DNA of 64,000 nucleotides from Antedon mediterranea (taxonomy: Eukaryota; Animalia; Echinodermata), in the NCBI RefSeq assembly GCF_964355755.1, contig NC_092677.1, positions 4,734,101 to 4,798,100 on the forward strand, read 5' to 3'. The notes under the pieces are model-generated. The model was not told the origin of the DNA, ran no database searches, and was given only the letters and a program-made list of their open reading frames with translations. The translations under genes were made by a program, and so were the position numbers. Positions within the stretch are counted from its first letter, which is position 1, and each line of letters starts with the position of its first letter. Positions 39,801 through 50,249 of this stretch are shown here, piece after piece.

Positions 39801-41920
39801 AGACTTGCACATTTAACTGCTAGAGTTGCAGCGGTTAATTCTAGTCTGGGAATCGTCATCTTCTTAAGAGGTGCCACTCTTGATCGTCCATAAAGTATGT
39901 TACTGTCGATCGTTTCTCCTACCTGCGACCGCACATATATAGCAACTCCATAACCATTTTCGCTTGCGTCCGCAAACACGTGAAGTTCTTGGTCGGTTCT
40001 AAGTTTACATGTAATAAACCTGGGCACACGCAATTCCTCAACTAGAGGTAAGCTCTCTAGCCAGCGTTTCCACCTACGTAATTCATTTCCCTCCAACTGG
40101 ATTATTCCAATTCTTGCCTTTCTTGATTAGTTCTTGAAGAAGAATCTTAGGTGTTAACATCACGGGCGATGCCAGTCCCATAGGATCAAACACCGAGCTT
40201 ATTGTAGATAATATGCCCCTTCGGGTACATGGCTGCTCTGTGATACTGGAAAGCTGATAACATAGACAGTCACTCATTGGGTCCCATTGCACTCCAAGTG
40301 CCCTTTCGCTTGGAATTCCTTCTTCCTTAAATGCTAGGGCTTGTAGTTCCTTTGATCTGTTCTCTACTGGAACAGAGTTGATGACATCTCGTCTGTTACT
40401 GGTCCATTTACCTAGATTAAACCCGCCTTTTGCACAGAGTTCCTTAAGGTTTTTTACCATATTTATACCATCAGATGTTGATCCAACTGACTTTAAGCAA
40501 TCATCAACATAGAAGTTGCGTAGTAACGTCTGCGAGACTTCATCTTCTGTACTTGGTCTATTGTCTAAAGCTGTTTGTCTTAAAAACAATATATTGGCGC
40601 AAGCAGGAGAAGACGCTGCTCCAAACAAATGTGCTGTCTTTCTATACTCCACTGGTTGCTGGTTGACATCTCCTTCTGCCACCAGAAAAATCTCATATAG
40701 TCTCTATCTTTCACTGGCACCTTCACTTGGTGAAACATGGCCTCAATGTCGGCCATTATAGCGACTGGGTCTTCTCGAAACCTCAGTAAGACTCCTACTA
40801 AACTGTTTGTCATATTAGGTCCTGGGAGTAATAGATTGTTGAGAGATGTTCCCTGAAATTCGGCTGCACAATCGAAGACAACACGTATCTTCCCTGGTTT
40901 GTGTGGGTTATATACTCCATGATGTGGTATGTACCAGGTCTTTCCTATCGTCGGTTCGATATTGTCTACCTTTTCAGCAAATCCTTTCTGTATAAGTTTT
41001 CTCATAAACTCTTGGTAGTCGTATTGGAACTCCTGGTTTCGACGCAGTTTTTTTTTCAAGCATTCCAGTCTCTTAACTGCCATAAACCTATTATTGAGAA
41101 GTATTGGCGTTTCTTCTCTAAATGGCAGATCGATGTGGTAGTGTCCATTAATGAGACGGATGCTATTGTTGACCTTTGAAACGAACAACTTATCCTCTCT
41201 CGACGGTTGTTTTGCAGGAAAATCTAGTTCAGTGTCCTGAGGGGCGGATCCAGACATTTTTGAGAGGGGGGGGGGGGGGGTCCGCCGATAAAAAGGGCAC
41301 ATCAGATATTGAGTATTTGAGCCACAGCCCCCCCCCCCCATGGTGGGGGTTGTGGCGAAGCGAATTTTGTTACAGGACACACTATGGCGCAATTTGTTTA
41401 CAACGTTCGTGGCTAAAAACGATCATTTTCGGAAATGTTTTAGACCCTATATTTCGAAAACTACAAGTCAGATTTTCGTAATTCTTTCTTTATTGGAATA
41501 TTGAAACAAAATACCAACAGATAATGTTTAAATTGGTTGAAAAATAACAACTTTTAATTTTGCATCGTTATCCCTGCTAATAAAGTGTCATTTCCGGCGA
41601 ACTAGAAAGGTGCCATTTATCATAGATTTTGCGTGCGAGAGTGCCATTTCCGGCCATCTAAGTGTATCTGGTGGGTGAAAATCTGTGATAATACCATACA
41701 TGGCTCTGTGGTCTAGTGGTATGATACTCGCCCTGTAAGCGAGAGGTTGCAGGTTCGAATCCAGCCAGAGACATTTTTTCATACAACTAAAAAATATGGA
41801 ACTTTCGCCAATGAGCTATGCTCGACGCGATTATGAGATCATGTTCCGAATATGAGCACTGTTTCTATAATTTACAGTATGATTTATATATAATTTACAC
41901 AGTGCTACGCAACATCATTG

Positions 41921-41954
<34 letters not shown>

Positions 41955-44900
41955 TTTCAGTATATTTGATCTGAATATTCTAGCTTTACAAGTGTGCAAA
42001 AAAAAAAATGTAGAGGCTCTCTACTTGAAACGCTGTTTATATATTACAGGTCCAGTTTTAACAATGGAAAATAAAGAACTGCACACTGTTGAAGGAGGAA
42101 ATGCAAGAATTCCTTTTTATGTCTCGCCAATACAAAAACAAATTAACAAATTTATTTTTTATAAATTTGAAAAGGAAATTGCTGATAGTCTTACAATTTT
42201 TCGGAGATTTAAAATTAAATATAGTGAGGACAAGCTGACAGGTTTCCTTGAAATTTCTAATGTTAAATCTTCTGATGCTGGTGACTACCGTTGCAAATGT
42301 GTGATAGAAGGAAAGGATGTTTACTCTACAAAAAGCAGGTTGGAAGTTACCAAAGCCTGTAAGTATATAATATTAGGCCAAACAAAGATTTGTTTGCCCA
42401 CCATTCTTGAAAATTGTTCAAAGGATTGGTTGGGGAGGGGGAATTTTTTCTCCGTAATTGAGGACTTCTCATAAATTGTCAAACAAAATAAACATAAATA
42501 AATAAATAAATCATTTTGTTTGACAAATCCAAAAGAAATTACTCACATTCTTTAGCTTTCACCATCTTGGCTGATGGCTTGATCATCATCATAATTCATC
42601 AGTTCAGTCTGTCGTTCTGTGCTGTGTACACATGGGTAAGAGTGAAGTGATGGATCAATTGCGACTGACATGTAAGCGTTTCAGAATCAAAATATGAGAA
42701 GCGTACTGAATATTTCTAATCAATGCAATTCTTTATAGACCTAATAATATTATTCTGGCCCTTGACTTTCTGTGTGTGTGCGTGTGTGTGTGAATAGAAG
42801 TAGGGGGTGGTTCCAAATGAGTTATAAAGAATTAGCATCACCTTGCTTTATCTTGTGTTTTCTTCAAAGTATGAAATCTTTTACCAAAATTCATAATCAG
42901 AAATTAAAAACATTTTATACTACGGTATATCTTTATTGTTAATTTGTTTAATTTATTGCACTATAGCAGCACCTATGATATGCTAAGTACGTTAAGTTTG
43001 TTTTTAGTCAACTGAAGTTCTGTATTTTAAATAATGAAATACATCTTTACATCTTGCATGCCCGGTACAAAAAGACATTATTACCTGATAAACTTCTTTT
43101 TTGTCTGAAAATAATATTAATTCATATATTTTAATCACCAATAAGAAATACACATTCAAATATTACTTTTATATCATGATATTTGTTTTTGTTTTTTTCT
43201 GTTGAAATGTTTTGGTACTATTGTATAATATTATTGTGATAGTAATTCCATCTAAAATATACTATTTCTACTTTTAGATATAAGACTCAATGATGGTCTT
43301 GTGATGAATGGGGAAAAGGCAGTTTTAACTTGCAAGTATGGACTTGACAATCAAGTGAAATATGTCAATTGGTATAAAAAGACTGGTGATGAATCTCAAG
43401 AGGAGAAGATAGAAAAAGTACCAGAAAGATGTAAAGTAACTCATGATAGGCTTAATCAAACAAGCTTAGAGTTCCAAGAAGTGACATTGGCTGATGCTGG
43501 GGAGTACATATGTGAACTTACAACTGCTACAGAAATAACCAAAGGCAAACTTTCAGAAACACATACATCATCTGCACACCTGCATGTACAGTGTAAGTAA
43601 AAATTGTGTATTTAAGCTGGTTATTAAACAATCGAATTGTGTAAAGCAGGTAGTAGTTTCACCTAATATAGTGTAATTGGCTTTTCTCTATGCTTTGGTA
43701 ATATCAGGGAAGAATACAGTATATTCAATTTTCTTAAATACCCAAACGATAGTCGGCCTACAGGAACTATTTTGTTTGGATATTCCATAATGAATATTGT
43801 CATATGATTTCAAACTGTTAATAAATTCATTGTATAATATTGTTACCGTATGTGTATATTGTAAACTGATTTCATCAAAACACCTTTAGATATTAAACTG
43901 AATGATTGTCTTGCGACACATGGAGATAAAGCTGTTTTAACTTGCAAGTATGGAATTGAAAATCAAGTAAAATATGTCAATTGGTATAAGAAGACTGCTG
44001 ATCAAGACATAATGATATTTACTTCTGATAAGTCTCAAGAGAAGAAGATAAAAAAAGCACCAGAAGGATGTAAAGCAATTTTTAAAGAAAATGAATCAAG
44101 CTTAGTGTTTGAGCAAGTTTCGTTAGCTGATGCTGGAGAGTACATGTGTAAAGTGAAGGAAAAACTTCCATCACATACAGCATCAGCACACTTGCATGTA
44201 CAGTGTAAGTTGATTTCTACATAATATGCATTTTAAAATTGATATTAAAACAATTGATTGACTTGATGAATATAGTTAAAAATACCTATGTTGATCTGAA
44301 GGAAATATGATATCTCTCAGATGAATTACTGTAATTGTAGGGTATAGTTTGATTAATTGAATGTTGTTTCCAACTTTGATGTACTGTATAATCCACAGTT
44401 AATTGTAAAGACTTGAAAAAAGTTATCATGTTGGACGTCAACCTTCAGATCACTAACCTGGAACTCGTACCTTTAGCTCACATAGCTTGCACATATAATC
44501 ATTGTTTATGAGTTGTCAAAATAATTTACTTTATTCAAGTAGGGAGTTGTAATTACAATTTAATAATGATTTTTGTGATGTTTTCAAGAGGGGGTCGAAC
44601 ATGATTTAATTCCATGATTCAAGGAAATATATACATTATTTTAGTAGATTTAATTGTTATTCAATTAATGTTGAAAGCTAGGCTGATGCAACATTTGGTA
44701 CTTTCTTTTCGACTGGTGGAGTAGGAAAATTGAACTGGGTTAGTATTGGAATTCATAACAAATTATGACACCTAGCTTGTATTTCATTTTCATTCCCTTA
44801 TTTTTATAGGCGATGTGTTTACTGAACAAGTTAAAACAAGGTAAATTGATTTCCATTCAAAAAAAAAAAATGTTTTTCTATTTTAATTTTGAAAGTCAAG

Positions 44901-47668
44901 GTTTGAATTTGACTTTAAAATAACTTCTTGAGTTGAGAGAATTATCTTGAAATTGTACTGAAATTTATCTTTTTAGACACCCTGCGGTAGTCTTTATAAA
45001 TTCTCACTTTATCATCTTTTGTGAAGAAAACAACTCAGATGTGATAATGAGAAGAGGAAAATTGAATGGCAAGAGTTTGATTGAATGGAAAAAAGCAAAA
45101 ATAATTTTTAATGAAAAGGAGACATGGTAATTAGTATTGTGTTGACCGACATTGGCAAACATTGTTTGCTGGTTATAATGTTTCTAGTACATTTAGATAA
45201 GTAATCAATTATTCATTTTGTTTCATTTTCTATGATATTACCATTGACATTAATATCAAAGAACATTTGTAAATTGTATTTAGAAACAATGACGGTACAA
45301 AAGATGTCTCCAAAAAGTGGACAAAGTTGATTGTAAAAATGTAAAACATTTTTTTAATAATTCTACAAATTTACTATACAGCTTTCAGAATCTAGTACCA
45401 ATTGTGACAGATAAGGAAAATGGAAAAATGACTCTAATGTGTGTTAGACAAAATAACAACACAAAAGAGAGGAAGATAATAAGGATGAAATCTGATGATA
45501 ATGGAGTCAACTGGACAGAACCAGAAGATGTACAATTGGATTTGAAAGGCTTACCCATATATTTTATAAGTTAGTATAAGTTAATTAGTTTTTATTGAAG
45601 TTGATATTAAATATCTGAGCTGTACATCATGGTTTTGAATATGAATTAGTCATATTCAAAACCATTATGTTAGTTTTTTCTGTTATTTAAATTTTTTCTA
45701 ATGTCAGTACAAGTATTACCATTTACATTATAAACCCATTTACTGATACCATACACAAGAAGCAACAATTTAAACAACCAATTTTACACAAATGTTTTAT
45801 GTACTTACCAAAATACTGATTTGTTATAGGGTTTTTTTTTGTTTAAAGTTTTTTAATAAACATTTGTATAAAGAAAATGTTTACTTTTATCTATCTTGAT
45901 TTTAATATATATATGTTTTACTTTATGTAGTAAACAGTATAAATGTACTGCAGTAATCAATGTGTAATTATATGTATAAATTGTTTTTCAGGCCTTGGTG
46001 ATGGTGTATGCTTACATTCAGGAAAATTGGTTGTTGCAGGAGTTTGGACGCTAAAGGATAATGAAAGCATAGAAAGTAATTTATTTAAATGATCTTTATA
46101 GAATTAAGAAGGTGCTCAAATATTTATTATGTACATAAGGTGATCGTTCGGTTCCTTAAATGAATATATTTGTTTTGGATATGTCAAAGATCTTTGAACT
46201 CCTCAAGTCTCTCACTTGAATTGTGTCATATGTGAACCATGCATTAAATCTTAATTTGAATTCAATAAAAATGCATCACAATGACCCAAGAACAGCAGTT
46301 GATCTAAACATTTGTTTCTGTTTATAAAGTCCAGTACTATAGCAATCTGCATGGGGAGATAATAGCTAACTAAAATGCGTTTTTCATGTTTATGGTTTCA
46401 AGTTGGCCATGTTATTTTTATTGTTAATATTTGTTTATTTTTCAGAAAAACTGTTTGTGATGACTGGTACTAATGATGGTGACACCTGGGATATTGTTAC
46501 TGCTGTTAAATCACCCTATGCTACTTTAGGAGGACACACACAAGTAAGAAACTTATAAATGCCCAGGGTTTCATTTCTAATGATCATATTTCAGTGCCAT
46601 TTTGTCATACAGTAATGTAATTTGTTTATTAGGTTTTTGAATATGCAAATGACAATGTTTACATCAGCTGTTCATTGGAGGACTGTAAACAACGTTTCCG
46701 TGTGTACGGTGATGAAGGATTTAGAACGTTTAATGTCAAGACTGAGGATGCACAATTAGAGACAAATCCAGAGTGCCAGGTATTCTCTACAATATAATTT
46801 TTTTTTTATTTGTTGAAGTGTTGAATGTTCTTGAGTTGTAAACTCGGCCCTAAGGCCGTTTTTGACTTACTTTAGTATCCACATATAAACAAACTAAATT
46901 GTATCAAAGTTTTTTATATGATTTCTTATCTTATATGGAATAATGAAATAAGTAAAAAAAAGAATATTTCATGAGTTGAAAGATTGAATGTTCTATTGAA
47001 CAAAGCGGAGCTGAGATATAAACAAATACAAAATATTCATTATTTGTTTTATATTAACACCTTTGGCCAGGATATAGGCCATTAAAAAAAGTGCTCCAAT
47101 TATTGAGGTAATTTGATTCCCATGATGAAAATTCTGTTCTATTCTACATAAGTATTAGCTTCATGTGTGCGACAGGTAGAGTATCACACTGTTTGCCTTG
47201 TGTGTAATTAAAAATTGTTTTTATGCCGAAGTGGGAAATTACTCTAGAGAATATGCGAAACAAACATACCCCTAGTTATTTTAACATTGTTTAAAAGATG
47301 TTTAAATTGCAATACTTGCAATTATTTGATGTGTTGGTTTAACTCTATTTGCTTATATTATTATCTAGGGTGGTATTGTACGTTTACCAACAAAGACAAA
47401 TCAGTTCTACCAAATAGCAATGGCAAGTCATGGAAATGAAACAAAGGATCTTACACTTCACTTAAGTGAAGATGGTTGTAAAACCTGGTGTCAGTTTAAC
47501 ACACTAGGTGCAGTGAATGCAGAAGAATCTGACCTAGCTTACTACAGTGTAAAAGAAGGGAAAGAAGAAGCAAAAGGAATAGTGTGTGTTTACAGTTATA
47601 GTTCAGAAACAGAGGGTTATAAGATTGGAATGCAGCTGATTTCTAACAAAGAAATTATGTTAATGTAA
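21898..47668 (+). CDS. Chimeric IgSF receptor paralogue 4: V-I-Ig ectodomain, TM, six further Ig domains, C-terminal degenerate sialidase (NEU-like) propeller, about 1400 aa
   Basis: Phase-compatible exon chain: 21898-22227, 26101-26412, 26620-26844, TM 28332-28415, 28634-28894, 29274-29313, 29733-29889, 30307-30361, 32278-32296, 34114-34133, 34574-34705, 35932-36243, 36632-36958, 42050-42358, 43278-43592, 43890-44204, 44810-44840, 44977-45126, 45382-45569, 45992-46075, 46446-46543, 46633-46779, 47369-47668. No stop until 47668. The signal-peptide exon is uncertain (candidate 21061-21102) and the micro-exon choice is provisional. Confidence 0.7.
23008..23633. mobile_element. TTAA-flanked MITE (Kolobok-like)
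   Basis: ttaa|agccccattccctacgtttt ... aaaattgcagggaaggggtct|ttaa: imperfect TIRs with a TTAA target duplication. Confidence 0.65.
25400..25480 (+). pseudogene. Orphan 5' fragment of an I-type Ig (D2) exon
   Basis: gcctcaacaagcactgtctatgaaggtcaatcagtgacctttacctgtagta is nearly identical to 26124-26175 and is followed by an interspersed repeat. Confidence 0.7.
25510..26025 (+). repeat. Interspersed repeat of about 520 bp, copy 1
   Basis: Highly similar to 49072-49587; a more diverged partial copy lies at about 10370-10590. Confidence 0.85.
27160..27540 (+). mobile_element. Degenerate LINE (L2/CR1-group) ORF2 fragment
   Basis: Translates to [18 protein letters not shown]...[17 protein letters not shown], the conserved pre-RT region of non-LTR elements. 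Confidence 0.75.
27545..28109 (+). mobile_element. Non-autonomous Helitron/Helentron-like element
   Basis: 5' tacctccgcc and 3' gcggaggt subterminal inverted motifs, a 3' hairpin (gtactctcggagtac) and a CTAGT end. Embedded minus-strand tRNA-like segment at about 27895-27960. A related 5' end occurs at about 620-650. Confidence 0.55.
28332..28415 (+). CDS. Transmembrane exon of paralogue 4
   Basis: tag|...|gtaagt, 84 nt, phase 1-1, encodes [28 protein letters not shown]. Not homologous to the TM exon of the other paralogues. Confidence 0.75.
29355..29595 (+). mobile_element. tRNA-derived SINE
   Basis: A/B-box-like head (agtggttagg...gggttcaattccc), a ctcagctgtaaatgagtacc core and an (acctt)n-like tail. 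Confidence 0.65.
34955..35865. mobile_element. MITE with G/C-tract subterminal repeats
   Basis: TIRs aggcccgtagc / gctacggccct, poly-G and poly-C just inside the ends, and a 7-bp direct repeat gtacaac at 34948-34954 and 35866-35872. Confidence 0.75.
35932..44204 (+). CDS. Five single-exon Ig domains of paralogue 4
   Basis: Phase 1-1 exons of 309-327 nt, each with a D-A-[GR]-x-Y-x-C F-strand motif (DAGMYQC, DARKYTC, DAGDYRC, DAGEYIC, DAGEYMC). The last two are a tandem duplicate pair. Confidence 0.85.
36985..41238 (-). mobile_element. BEL/Pao LTR retrotransposon, 5'-truncated and frameshifted, in an intron of paralogue 4
   Basis: Broken pol ORFs: RT ([28 protein letters not shown]), RNase H region ([14 protein letters not shown]), integrase (H-H-C-C zinc finger, GVDYFGP, GGVWERM) and C-terminal WPMARV. 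Purine tract at 37846-37857 abuts a candidate 3' LTR, 36985-37845, bounded TG...CA. Confidence 0.93.
41702..41773 (+). other. tRNA-like sequence (tRNA pseudogene or SINE head, nominal TGT anticodon)
   Basis: Foldable as a cloverleaf: A box tggtctagtgg, anticodon stem ctcgc/gcgag, B box ggttcgaatcc. Mismatches in the acceptor and T stems. Confidence 0.5.
44810..47668 (+). CDS. Sialidase-like (GH33, NEU2/3/4-type) beta-propeller, predicted catalytically inactive
   Basis: Seven exons give RHPAVVF (RIP motif), FIIFCEE..DVIMRRG..IEW, Asp-boxes SDDNGVNW and SEDGCKTW, degenerate [21 protein letters not shown] (GPGHG motif), CQGGIV and EESDL (AYSDL motif), in the order known for animal sialidases. 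Confidence 0.8.
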
Positions 47669-49071
47669 TTATGAATAAGCTGATTTACATTGCTACACTC
47701 TTTGATGGTTTAATAATTCTGATGTTTTATATATAATAATATACAGTAATGTATGTTGCGCTTGTTATTTTTACTTTCACTTTTTCTATATTTTTGCTTA
47801 TACAATTTTAAAACACCAATTCAGTTGGAAATTGGCTGAATCATTGGCAGAATACATAAGAATTGCAACATAAATTTTAAAAGATAAATTTACAGTTACA
47901 ATACATTACCTTTACAAAACCTTTATACACATTAAATTTGAATAAACATAATAATACCTTGATTTTGACATTAAAATAAAATATTTTAAAGTAAAAGATT
48001 AAACAAAAAATTATTGTTTATGCAAAATACCAATTGTACATGGCTCAGTACAAGGCTCAGTACAACAGAATAGCATATAAGATGATAAAAAATGTTTCAC
48101 ATTAAACACACCAATTAATATCTTGGATAGTATTATTTATTTATACAATATCCCACATTACTATACGCCTTTTGTATTTTAGCCAAAATTTAACAAGAGC
48201 CAAATTGGTTTCTTTTATAGTTTTATAGCGCTGAATCTTCTAAGTATCGTTTTATTAAATCTATTAGTAAATAAGGTAGGATATACTAATAGACCATACA
48301 ATCTGTATAAAGTTGCTTAGGTGATTGAATCAGGAATACTAATTAAATACTCGGACGTTTATAAAATAATATAGTTGTTAAAAGTCATAAAAAATATATG
48401 GGTGCATACTATGACATTTCTGATAGTACTGTTATTTTAGACTTTAGATCTACTACTTTTAAAACATTGCAACAAATTTAATTCTGAATAATACTAGTTT
48501 TGAAGTTTTACTGTTATTTTAGAAACAAAGATATAATATTTTAAAAAGATTTTACCAAAAGCTGGATAGAAAAAAAGTACTTACATGAAAAAATGTAATT
48601 TAAAACAAAAAATACAGTACTTAAATGACTGCCGGACAGTGGTATTTTTGTGTGTTTTTATAAGTGAAATAATTATTTTTTTAGAGTTTCCTCTGCCTGT
48701 CATACGCATTAACTGTATGTATTTAAAACAATCTTTCAAGTTCTTTATTATTGCAGTAATATAGACATTGTTTTATTTGAAATCAGCAATGTATAAAACA
48801 TTTAAATCAATATACTATTTTAAAATTAGCAAACTATGATGTTATCGTTGTTTATAGTATTTAATAATATGTATAAAATTAAATGTGTTTCCTGCCTGCA
48901 AGTGGTGGATACAGGGGATTGTAAATCATGTCCACAGTGGTTACAAAGTGCAGTTAAATATAATATGTAAGGCCTACATAGTAGGCCTTAGAACTGAGGT
49001 ACATGTATTTTAAATATAATATCGGGTTAATTGTACATAAATCAAATATTTGTAATAGAAATCAAGACGAA

Positions 49072-49587
49072 AAAAACATGAATTTCCCTTAAAATTGTCA
49101 AATACAAAAATTGGCAAAATTCTGTTATATAAACCAGGAAGACTTTTTTTCAGTAGTTAGATAGTTTAACCTAATGTAATAACATGTCTGGTGACTCCCT
49201 AGAAGGTGAAAAAAGATGGTGGATATATGGTGGATATTGTTCTATAGCATGATAAAAATAAAACTCTGAAGTTGAATAAAAATACTACAAACGTAAAATT
49301 CAAGTTTATTACCTATATTATAGTCATCTGATAACATTATTTACCACACTGTTTATTTTTCATAGTTTTTTAAAAATGGCTCTCAATACAACTTTTTTGT
49401 GTACAAAAGAATAGAGATTTTACTGTGTAATTTGAACTATCCCCCACTGATAAGAAAGTGCTTATTTTCAACAAGCTCGTGTAACACAAATAAAATCCCC
49501 AAAATTATGAAACATAGGGGAAACTATAGATCAATATTTATTGGAATGTATGATCAATAGAAATGTTTTGCCCGCACCTGACCTTTA
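49072..49587 (+). repeat. Interspersed repeat of about 520 bp, copy 2
   Basis: Matches 25510-26025, e.g. ggtgactccctaga..ggtgaaaaaagatggtggatatatggtgga and ttttgcccgcacctg. Confidence 0.85.
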
Positions 49588-50249
49588 CCATATCGTATCA
49601 AAGCAGGGAGTTGTAACTCCCTGATCTTCGATAATGGTACAGACTATTAACGAAACTTAACTATTGCTATTGTATTGTTTGCATAATATTATTGTTTTCG
49701 TGTGACTCTCGTATACAGTAAAAAATTTCTATTAGTTTACAGGTTTCTACAATTTTCTCTACCGATTTGCAAACATCTTTATTTGGAAATAAGAAATATT
49801 TCCTCTACGATTATTACATGATATATGTAATGTAATTGGCAAATCTAAAAACATTTCTCTGCATGTAAATCGTCCTACTACCTTAATACCTAATTACTAT
49901 GGCCAATTGATGTTTTCAACTGCTTTCGTTCTACCTACTAGGCCTATTATTTATCTTGTTGTTTTGCATAATGGATAACTTTAACTGCATTGTACTACAA
50001 TTAAACTTTTTGGAAACCTCTTAAAATGTATACTTCTTAATTATAGACATTCTTCATGTTCAGAGTCCTGTCTAATCAGTGCATTTGGTACCGCCGTGAC
50101 CTCTCGTAAGCGAACATCTGCCAAATCCTTTTACTGACATTGCCCTTTAATGTACAATTGCATTTTTTGTTTGATTTACCTCACGTTGGCGGAAACATGG
50201 AAATATGTTCAACTGCTCGATGCATATCTGTTGAGCATGAATATTAGTA

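Noticed and set aside
39069-41481. Plus-strand ORFs of 60-120 aa
   Set aside because: Antisense shadows of the BEL/Pao pol gene.
41702-41773. Functional tRNA-Thr(TGT) gene
   Set aside because: Stem mismatches, C at the position of the conserved U33, and a repeat-rich context make a SINE head or pseudogene more likely. tRNAscan-SE would decide.
44810-47668. Horizontally acquired bacterial sialidase
   Set aside because: Seven spliceosomal exons and animal NEU-type motifs point to an endogenous origin.
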